Source: Candidatus Electronema aureum
Lineage (GTDB): Bacteria; Desulfobacterota; Desulfobulbia; Desulfobulbales; Desulfobulbaceae
Assembly (NCBI GenBank): GCA_004284765.1
Contig: NQJD01000057.1
Location: forward strand, 1-10,268
DNA length: 10,268 bases
Direction: 5' to 3'
The notes beneath the pieces were generated by a model, which was not told the origin of the DNA, did no database searches, and saw only the letters and a program-made list of their open reading frames with translations. This document shows positions 1-5,662 of the stretch, in pieces. Made by a program: the position numbers and the translations under genes. How positions within the stretch are numbered: the first letter of the stretch is position 1; each line of letters starts with the position of its first letter.

Positions 1-1
1 A

Positions 2-151
2 GTCAAATTCATCCGAAAGCGCATCGAATCAGCATTCAGCGTCATCACCCAAAGATTTCCAGCGCATATTCATGCTGTCACCTCGCATGGCTTTGAATTG
101 AAGGTTTTTCTTTTTATCTTGGCTTACGGCATTGAAAAAACAATGTTATAG
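2..151 (+). CDS. 3' end of a DDE transposase gene entering from the left edge (IS982 / IS4-IS5-like C-terminus); partial
   Basis: The frame starting at nt 2 is open to TAG at 149-151. It reads VKFIRKRIESAFSVITQRFPAHIHAVTSHGFELKVFLFILAYGIEKTML. The block R-x-R-IE-x-x-F-x-x-I...F...HA.T..GF.LK is the conserved C-terminal signature I associate with IS982/IS5-type DDE transposases. It is absent from the ORF track because no start codon lies in the window. Confidence 0.45.
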   Translation, partial: VKFIRKRIESAFSVITQRFPAHIHAVTSHGFELKVFLFILAYGIEKTML

Positions 152-179
152 GTCACAACTTGGGTTCTGAGGTAAGATT

Positions 180-785
180 ATGCGTAAATTATTTCTAATT
201 TCTATTTTACTCCTTGCTTCAACGTCTGTCCATGCTGAGGAAAACAAGGGCGACTGGATTGCCGACGCGAAAACCGGCTGCAAGGTCTGGAATCCTGTTC
301 CTGCTTCGGATGAATCCATCACTTGGTTAGGCACATGCAAGGACGGCAAGGGGGACGGCAAAGGCTCCTTGGATTGGTATAAAAATAGCGAGCTGCAAAG
401 CACCATCACCGGCGTGATGCAAGATGGCCGCTGCGTTCAGGAATGCTCTGTCAAAACGAAGGGCGGAGACAGCTACGTCGGCGAAATGAAGGACAACCTG
501 CCGCACGGCAAAGGCAAAATCATCCGTGCTGATGGCGGAAAATATGAGGGGGAAATAAAAGACGGCGAACGGCATGGCAAAGGAACCTTTGTCGCCAAAG
601 ACGGCAGTTTGCAGGAAGAGTTGTGGGAGGCATACGGGAAGCTGCCTGCAGCTGTTCAAGAGCTGGTCGACAAAAATTTCGAGCTGCTGAAGGATGATCC
701 CTGTCATCCTTCTTTGCATCTCAAGCGCATTGAAGAGTTGTGGTCAGTGCGGGTTGGGACGGCAATATCGCGCCCTCGGCATTGA
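180..785 (+). CDS. Secreted MORN-repeat protein, 3'-truncated and fused in frame to a RelE/ParE-type toxin fragment (chimeric ORF)
   Basis: ATG at 180 is preceded by GAGGT (168-172). The signal peptide is MRKLFLISILLLASTSVHA/EE. MORN-type repeats are present: YVGEMKDNLPHGKGKII, YEGEIKDGERHGKGTFV and the degenerate WLGTCKDGKGDGKGSLDW. From about residue 145 the sequence switches to toxin-like LWEAYGKLPAAVQELVDKNFELLKDDPCHPSLHLKRIEELWSVRVG. Confidence 0.7.
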   Translation: MRKLFLISILLLASTSVHAEENKGDWIADAKTGCKVWNPVPASDESITWLGTCKDGKGDGKGSLDWYKNSELQSTITGVMQDGRCVQECSVKTKGGDSYVGEMKDNLPHGKGKIIRADGGKYEGEIKDGERHGKGTFVAKDGSLQEELWEAYGKLPAAVQELVDKNFELLKDDPCHPSLHLKRIEELWSVRVGTAISRPRH

Positions 786-854
786 CTCGCCCGACGGCAT
801 TCAGTGGATATGGATCGGCAGCTTCACGCGGAATACGACCGGCTCGTCAAGTGA
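612..854 (+). pseudogene. RelE/ParE-superfamily toxin remnant, N-terminally truncated, with two frameshifts
   Basis: The toxin sequence can be followed across three reading segments. Segment 1 (frame of nt 180) is ...KLPAAVQELVDKNFELLKDDPCHPSLHLKRIEELWSVRVG, ending at 758. Segment 2 (760-822, +1 frame) is RQYRALGIDSPDGIQWIWIGS. Segment 3 (825-854, original frame) is HAEYDRLVK then TGA. Joined, they give the canonical ...HPSL..K....WS.R.G..YRALG......W.WIGSHAEYD.L toxin C-terminus. The first 15-20 residues and any antitoxin gene are missing. Confidence 0.65.
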
Positions 855-874
855 ACACAGGCGGTAGCAACGAA

Positions 875-1915
875 ATGACAAGCTGGCAGGAAGAATTAAA
901 AAACGCTATCACCAACAGCGCAGGGTTGGCCTGTGCGCTGGGCTACGATCCGGCAGCGGCAGAGGCGATCATTGCCCGCTATCCAATGCGGATCACTCCC
1001 TATTATCTGGAGCTGATTAAAAAGGCAGGCGAGCCGCTGCGCCGGCAGGCAGTGCCGGATTTGCGCGAGCTGGAAGATCCAGTGGGCATGGAAGACCCGC
1101 TTGGCGAGGAAAACTTGAGTCCAGTACCCAATCTGGTGCATAAATACCCAGACCGGGTGCTGCTTTTAGTCAGCGGCCAGTGCGCCATGTACTGCCGTTT
1201 CTGCACCCGCAAGCGTAAGGTAGGTGGCGAGGCTCTGCGCTTCAGCGAGGAGCATTTCGTCGCCGCGCTGGACTATCTGCGTAACACTCCGTCCGTGCGC
1301 GAGGTGCTGATCTCCGGCGGCGATCCGCTGCTGCTTGCTGATGAGCGGCTGGAGGATATTCTGCGGCGACTGCGGGAAATCAAGAGCATCGAGATTATTC
1401 GCATCGGCACCCGCACGCCCTGCACCCTACCGATGCGCATCACGCCGAAACTCTGCGCTATGCTGCGTCAGTTCCATCCGCTCTACATCAACACGCACTT
1501 CAACCACCCGGCGGAGCTGACCAAAGAGGCAGAGCGAGCCTGCACATTGCTGGCCGACGCAGGCATTCCGCTCGGCTGCCAAACCGTGCTGCTGAAAGGG
1601 GTGAATGATTCTGCGGAAGTGCTGGGCAAGCTGTTTTGCGGCTTGCTGCGGCTGCGGGTTAAACCGTATTATCTCATGCAGGCTGACCTGACCAAAGGCA
1701 CCGGCCATTTTCGTACTCCGATCAAAGCCGGGCTGGAAATTATGCGCCAGCTTATCGGCACGGTCTCTGGCATGGCTGTGCCTAAATTTGTGTTAGATGC
1801 TCCCAGCGGTAAGGGAAAAATCCCGCTTACTCCAGACTACATCACCGCCATGCAAGAGGGCAGGCTGGAATTTGTCAATTTCCAAGGGCTGCCCTGCTCT
1901 TATCCCTTGGAATAA
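875..1915 (+). CDS. KamA-family radical SAM protein (lysine 2,3-aminomutase-like, short about 346 aa form)
   Basis: The radical-SAM cluster motif CAMYCRFCTRKR is present, followed by ISGGDPLL, HFNHP, VLLKGVND, PYYLMQADLTKGTGHFRT and VPKFVLDAPSGKGKIP. All are hallmarks of the KamA/EpmB family. I chose the ATG at 875 (MTSWQEELKNAI...). The track ORF start at 740 lies out of frame across the toxin remnant and is unlikely to be real. Confidence 0.9.
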   Translation: MTSWQEELKNAITNSAGLACALGYDPAAAEAIIARYPMRITPYYLELIKKAGEPLRRQAVPDLRELEDPVGMEDPLGEENLSPVPNLVHKYPDRVLLLVSGQCAMYCRFCTRKRKVGGEALRFSEEHFVAALDYLRNTPSVREVLISGGDPLLLADERLEDILRRLREIKSIEIIRIGTRTPCTLPMRITPKLCAMLRQFHPLYINTHFNHPAELTKEAERACTLLADAGIPLGCQTVLLKGVNDSAEVLGKLFCGLLRLRVKPYYLMQADLTKGTGHFRTPIKAGLEIMRQLIGTVSGMAVPKFVLDAPSGKGKIPLTPDYITAMQEGRLEFVNFQGLPCSYPLE

Positions 1916-1922
1916 GGGATGA

Positions 1923-2732
1923 TTAGAAATTACTCGGAAAATTTTCTTCAACATCAAGCTGCTGATTGATCATTACCACACTATTTTGCAGTAAACCTTT
2001 CCGCACAGCATACTTGTCATTTTCCGCTACGATATATGGCACCTGTCGTTCTTGCTCAAAGGCATCATAACCTTCTCGAAGATTTTCCCAAAAAGATATC
2101 CATTGGGAATTTTTGTTCTGTTCCATATTTTCCTTAGTCATGCGAAAGGGAAATATGTGAACGCTGAATTGTTTCTGGCCTTGAAGAAAAGCCTGATAAG
2201 CAAGTAAATAAATTTCCTCGACCTGAAGGTTACCCATTGCGAAACAACCTTGAGAAATGCACTTACCATGCACCATAATGTCGCCGCCGGTGCGCTGGTT
2301 CTCGCGATCAACTACATTGGGATAACCGATGTCAAAGGAAAGATGATATCTGCTGGCTGGATTGAGTTGGCCACCAGAAACGGTGTAAAAACCTTCTGGG
2401 CTTTGCATATCGCCTTCGCGCAACTTAGGACCAACAGACCCAGAATAGGTACAGATAGGATAAATTTTGAATAGCTCAAATTTATTTCCTTTCTGCACCC
2501 ATACTTCCATCTGTTTTGAGAGCTTGAAAATGCGGATAAATACCGGATCGCCAAGTTGTAGCCCTTTAGCTTTGAGCTGCCGCAAAACTCGAGGCTGGGC
2601 ATTGGCCATGTACGTTTCGGCCTTAGGGCTGGTGGGAGGATATCCGTCCAGCAGCTGCGCGGAGGACAAGACGGGAACAAGAAAAAAAGCCGCTCCCAGC
2701 AGGAGAGGGGCAAACAGGGTGCGGAGGCGCAT
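1923..2732 (-). CDS. yafK: YafK-type L,D-transpeptidase-fold periplasmic protein (YkuD domain)
   Basis: The signal peptide is MRLRTLFAPLLLGAAFFLVPVLSSA. By eye the protein aligns end to end with E. coli YafK: VFIRIFK, ICTYSGSVGPKLREGDMQSPEGFY, LNPASRYH, IGYPN, the catalytic MVHGKCISQGCFAM (H-G-x-C-x-S-x-GC) and IFPFRMT...FWENLREGYDAFE. Confidence 0.85.
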   Translation of the reverse strand: MRLRTLFAPLLLGAAFFLVPVLSSAQLLDGYPPTSPKAETYMANAQPRVLRQLKAKGLQLGDPVFIRIFKLSKQMEVWVQKGNKFELFKIYPICTYSGSVGPKLREGDMQSPEGFYTVSGGQLNPASRYHLSFDIGYPNVVDRENQRTGGDIMVHGKCISQGCFAMGNLQVEEIYLLAYQAFLQGQKQFSVHIFPFRMTKENMEQNKNSQWISFWENLREGYDAFEQERQVPYIVAENDKYAVRKGLLQNSVVMINQQLDVEENFPSNF

Positions 2733-2850
2733 GTCTGTTTGTTGGTGAATGTTAGGATTGATTCAGACGACCTGTTTCGCCCTAGCGTAAGCGGTTGTCG
2801 TACATTTAACCAGCATTGATCAGCAAAAGCTATTTACCGGATGGCTCTGG

Positions 2851-4005
2851 TTACAGCAATTCATCGCGTTGCTTGGATAATTTTTCTATTTTATCAGTAT
2901 CAACCTTCATGTAAATCTGAATAAATAAATCACCGAGATTGCTTCTTGTGTGCGGTATCAGCATATCATTTTCTGTCTCATACGAAGTAATAGCTCGTTG
3001 CAAATCAGCGTCATATTTTTTATCTATTTTACCGTTATAGTGATTCAACTCTTTCAACATCAGCTTGAGATATTTAATTCGTTCATGCTCATCAAGCGCA
3101 AGCCATTTCTGATATGCCGATACGGTCGCGTCAGGATTTGGCCCATCTACTGCAAAGCAAGGAGAAAAATCAATTTGCTTATATATGCCCCTAAGTGTCC
3201 ATAATACTGCGGCTTCAATCAGCGTTCGTTGTGCACCGTGTAAACCTTCTTTCAGTTTAGACTGCGCTGCAAAACTCATAGAACCTTCGCCGTAGCCAAA
3301 ACCAACAGAAAATTTGTCTGATTCAGTATAGCTATTGAGCGTCAGTGTCGTAGCGGCACCAACCGTATTTTTGAAGGCATCACCTAAATACACAGCCAAC
3401 GACAGGCTTCTTGAAGCTCTGGAAATGCCGTATTCAATTTCTGCTTGCCCATGACTGCCAGTTGTTTCTGCGCCGCTGCCTGATCCTTTATTCATGTAAT
3501 CAGAGGAATCATTTTGGGTATATACCCCTTTCACTCTGATTGCAGCTGAAGCACCGTACATTTTGGTCATATCCCGCATATAAATGGGATCAAGCATTCC
3601 GAACTTATTTTCATCCGCCAAACCAACGGGCATTGAATAAGGAATGACCATCTTTTTATGAGAGAGACTTCTTCTAATGATAGCCTCAAAATCATATTTT
3701 CCACTATCAGCCAGCGGTCCGTTTTCTCTTGCATATCTACCGGTCAATATCTTACTGTCCGGTACGACAGGAACTGTGCCATCGTAAAAATCGTCAACCA
3801 ACAGTAAGATAGCTGGAGTTTCAGATTTATTGATTTCCCGCCCCATACATTTCAAAGTTTCTGTCAGATTGGTGGAGGCAGGATGCGGTGTTTCAGCAGT
3901 AATATTGGACATCGAAGAATTAACATTAGAGCAGCCACTATTCGCAAGCAGAAAGAAGCCGCTCAAGCATACTGTTCCAATGAATATACTCCTTTGTTTT
4001 TGCAT
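2851..4005 (-). CDS. Outer-membrane lipoprotein, CsgG/HfaB-like putative secretion channel with a C-terminal helical extension
   Basis: The N-terminus MQKQRSIFIGTVCLSGFFLLANSGC/SN resembles the CsgG LLSGC lipobox, but Asn at -3 is atypical. The core follows CsgG block order by eye. ILLLVDDFYDGT matches IFVSVYNIQDETG. YDFEAIIRRSLSHKKMVIP matches ATAMLVTALKDSRWFIP. IRVKGVYTQND...GSGSG...SLSLAVYLGD...TLTLNSY...VGFGYGEG...EGLHGAQRTLIEAAVLWTL matches IMVEGSIIGYES...GGVG...AVNLRVVN...EGEVGYTSNEPVMLCLMSAIETGVIFL. No HMM search was run. Confidence 0.55.
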   Translation of the reverse strand: MQKQRSIFIGTVCLSGFFLLANSGCSNVNSSMSNITAETPHPASTNLTETLKCMGREINKSETPAILLLVDDFYDGTVPVVPDSKILTGRYARENGPLADSGKYDFEAIIRRSLSHKKMVIPYSMPVGLADENKFGMLDPIYMRDMTKMYGASAAIRVKGVYTQNDSSDYMNKGSGSGAETTGSHGQAEIEYGISRASRSLSLAVYLGDAFKNTVGAATTLTLNSYTESDKFSVGFGYGEGSMSFAAQSKLKEGLHGAQRTLIEAAVLWTLRGIYKQIDFSPCFAVDGPNPDATVSAYQKWLALDEHERIKYLKLMLKELNHYNGKIDKKYDADLQRAITSYETENDMLIPHTRSNLGDLFIQIYMKVDTDKIEKLSKQRDELL

Positions 4006-4034
4006 AGAAATATTATTGATCCGAATGCGAAAGC

Positions 4035-4062
4035 TGTATAAACAGGTTCAAACGCATGGCAA
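4035..4062 (-). promoter_or_regulatory. Possible sigma70-type internal promoter for the lipoprotein gene
   Basis: The minus strand reads TTGCCA (4062-4057), a 16-nt spacer, then TATACA (4040-4035), about 30 nt upstream of the ATG at 4005. This is a motif match only. Confidence 0.25.
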
Positions 4063-4194
4063 CCATCAGATCGGAATTTCAGCAGAAAATAAAAAAACTA
4101 CGCAAGTAGAAAAAATCAGCGTCGTTGATGTGAGTTACAAAAAAGATTTAGGATGTAGCAGCAAAACAGAATGAAGCTTATTTTCTGTAATCAT

Positions 4195-4530
4195 CTACTG
4201 GCATTCAAACACAATTGTATTGACATCAATATATTGAAAGGAATCTCCTGAGCCTTCATTGTAGTTTCCATAGAAAATACACTTGGGTTCAATCGGATTA
4301 TCAACAATGATATTTCCTTCAGGTAGCAAATACCCATTCGTTTCAGGAACTACGCTACTTTCACGGCTTTCTGCTGTATTTTGCTTAAGAACGCTATTTT
4401 TTTGATTCAGTACAGAATTTATGCTTGGATTCATCTGCACATCAGGTATGGCCACTTTTTTGATTTCTGCCGCACAAATTCCATGCCAGAGAGCGATGCT
4501 ACAGATGATGGGCATAAAATATTTCTTCAT
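4195..4530 (-). CDS. Small secreted protein (about 111 aa precursor), function unknown; candidate accessory factor of the fibre operon
   Basis: I prefer the ATG at 4530, which has AAGGTG 6 nt upstream, over the TTG at 4560 used in the track. The signal peptide is MKKYFMPIICSIALWHGICA/AE. The N-terminal half is N/S/Q-rich with the tandem NSVLNQK-NSVLKQN. The C-terminal part is compact, with two Cys (PKCIFYG and the terminal FECQ). Confidence 0.7.
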   Translation of the reverse strand: MKKYFMPIICSIALWHGICAAEIKKVAIPDVQMNPSINSVLNQKNSVLKQNTAESRESSVVPETNGYLLPEGNIIVDNPIEPKCIFYGNYNEGSGDSFQYIDVNTIVFECQ

Positions 4531-4556
4531 AACAGCACCTTGAGGCTGACAATTTT

Positions 4557-4988
4557 TCAATTGCAGGAATCGCAGCTTGTTATAACGTTAATGCCTTGAA
4601 TTCCACCGCTGGTGTTACGAGAAGTCAGCGTGACTACGCCGTTGATGATCGCCATCTGAGATATTGCATCCGCGCTGCCACGATAAATATTAACTCCTTG
4701 CACAACGTTATCTCCCTCTGAAGTTATCAGCAAAAGATCATATTCGATTGATGCAACCTGAACGGCTTTTCCGCTATAAGAAGAATTAGTGATCACGTTG
4801 ATCCCCTGAGTGCTGCTACTGTCGCTGTATGATTCTAAAGTAAGTTCACTGCCGACTTGAACACCCTGAAATAAACCTGCATCATAGGCATCTGTAAATT
4901 GATCAAAGACAGTAAAATCTGCACATACAGCTATCAACGGATTAAACAATATCCCTGCCAAGGATACGATTAGACATATTTTTACCAT
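4557..4988 (-). CDS. Secreted repeat protein, paralogue 1 (QG[IV]N-repeat protein; candidate fibre subunit)
   Basis: AGGAGG (5002-4997) lies 8 nt upstream of the ATG at 4988. The track starts one codon earlier, at the GTG at 4991. The signal peptide ends ...PLIAVCA/DF. The mature part is rich in G/S/T/V/I/N/Q and almost free of K and R. It has three units of about 20 aa: LTLESYSDSSSTQGINVIT, LLLITSEGDNVVQGVNIYRG and VVTLTSRNTSGGIQGINVIT. It ends SCDSCN. Confidence 0.8.
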   Translation of the reverse strand: MVKICLIVSLAGILFNPLIAVCADFTVFDQFTDAYDAGLFQGVQVGSELTLESYSDSSSTQGINVITNSSYSGKAVQVASIEYDLLLITSEGDNVVQGVNIYRGSADAISQMAIINGVVTLTSRNTSGGIQGINVITSCDSCN

Positions 4989-5144
4989 CACAGATTCCTC
5001 CTGGCAGTCGGGATATGCTCCGTAACGTATCCTCCTTACTCAAAGGCGACTGCGGAACATCACAACCTTGTTGCGGCAATCCTGATCCAACGACGACATA
5101 ATCCTTTAACTTGAACCATTCAGAATGGAATAATTAGATCACCG

Positions 5145-5195
5145 GACAGGAAAAAATTCGGATTACATAAGCTCCGATTTCAAGTTTTTCCTGTC
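5145..5195 (-). promoter_or_regulatory. Two-tier stem-loop 10 nt downstream of the first paralogue (possible attenuator or mRNA stability element)
   Basis: GACAGGAAAAA (5145-5155) is perfectly complementary to TTTTTCCTGTC (5185-5195), giving 11 bp. An inner 5-bp stem pairs TCGGA (5158-5162) with TCCGA (5173-5177). No U-tract follows on the minus strand, so this is not a canonical intrinsic terminator. Confidence 0.4.
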
Positions 5196-5204
5196 TCCGT
5201 CCAC

Positions 5205-5636
5205 TCATTCACAGTTTGTCCCGCAAGCGGTTACAAGGTTAATACCTTGCACAACGTCAGCACTGTTCGAGGAGGTGATAGCTACCGCACCAGTTACAGA
5301 TGCACCCTGCACCATCATTATAGGCACTTCCCCACGAAACACATTGACACCCTGACGTATTCCTGTTCCAGCACTGGTGGAAATTTCAATACCAGTATCA
5401 GCAGACACCTTTTGATGAAGCTCAGGCGAGCTTGCAAACGTGTTACCGATCACTACGTTACCGCCGAAAACGCCACTGTCGGCATAACTTGAGTCGATAG
5501 AAAGTTTATCGCCGCTGACCGCTAATCCTTGGGCGATACCCTCAACGATACCTGCGAAGGGATCGAATTCCGCCATAGCTGCTTGGGGATAAAGGGCTAA
5601 ACCTAATGCTACTGCAAAACTAATTTTTTTCCACAT
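5205..5636 (-). CDS. Secreted repeat protein, paralogue 2 (QG[IV]N-repeat protein; candidate major fibre subunit)
   Basis: AAGGAG lies 6 nt upstream of the ATG at 5636. The signal peptide is MWKKISFAVALGLALYPQAAMA/EF. The protein is colinear with paralogue 1: KLSIDSSYADSGVFGGNVVIGN, IEISTSAGTGIRQGVNVFRG and VAITSSNSADVVQGINLVT. It ends ACGTNCE. Confidence 0.8.
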   Translation of the reverse strand: MWKKISFAVALGLALYPQAAMAEFDPFAGIVEGIAQGLAVSGDKLSIDSSYADSGVFGGNVVIGNTFASSPELHQKVSADTGIEISTSAGTGIRQGVNVFRGEVPIMMVQGASVTGAVAITSSNSADVVQGINLVTACGTNCE

Positions 5637-5662
5637 GGTTATCTCCTTTTGACTAAAAAAAG

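Noticed and set aside
327-719. Antisense and overlapping ORFs in the track (146-409-, 327-719-, 896-1141-, 1003-1212-, 1335-1520+, 1427-1708-, 2250-2474+, 2312-2713-, 2467-2748+, 2950-3204+, 3830-4174+, 4381-4599+, 5247-5492+, 6801-7163-, 7069-7392-, 7453-7650-, 8034-8282-, 9388-9636-, 9833-10153+, 9859-10224+)
   Set aside because: All lie opposite to or out of frame with genes that have strong family signatures. They have low-complexity or Arg/Ser/Cys-skewed composition typical of shadow ORFs, and they lack Shine-Dalgarno sites.
740-874. N-terminal extension of the KamA ORF as given in the track (start at 740)
   Set aside because: The extension (MVSAGWDGNIAPSALTRP...) is just the third frame across the toxin remnant and has no family-like sequence. 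The KamA-family N-terminus begins convincingly at the ATG at 875.
1916-1922. Missing terminator between the convergent KamA and yafK genes (stop codons 7 nt apart)
   Set aside because: This is a noteworthy boundary, but no structure is present to annotate. Termination may occur within the opposing coding regions or be Rho-dependent.
4098-4109. Mini-hairpin CTAC-GCAA-GTAG flanked by A/T runs between the small gene and the channel gene, as a possible terminator
   Set aside because: The stem is only 4 bp and would be far too weak on its own. It could at most contribute to mild attenuation.
4531-4560. TTG start at 4560 for the small secreted protein, overlapping the paralogue 1 stop codon
   Set aside because: The ATG at 4530 has a better Shine-Dalgarno site (AAGGTG) and yields a normal signal peptide directly. 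The 10 extra residues (MKNCQPQGAV) add nothing.
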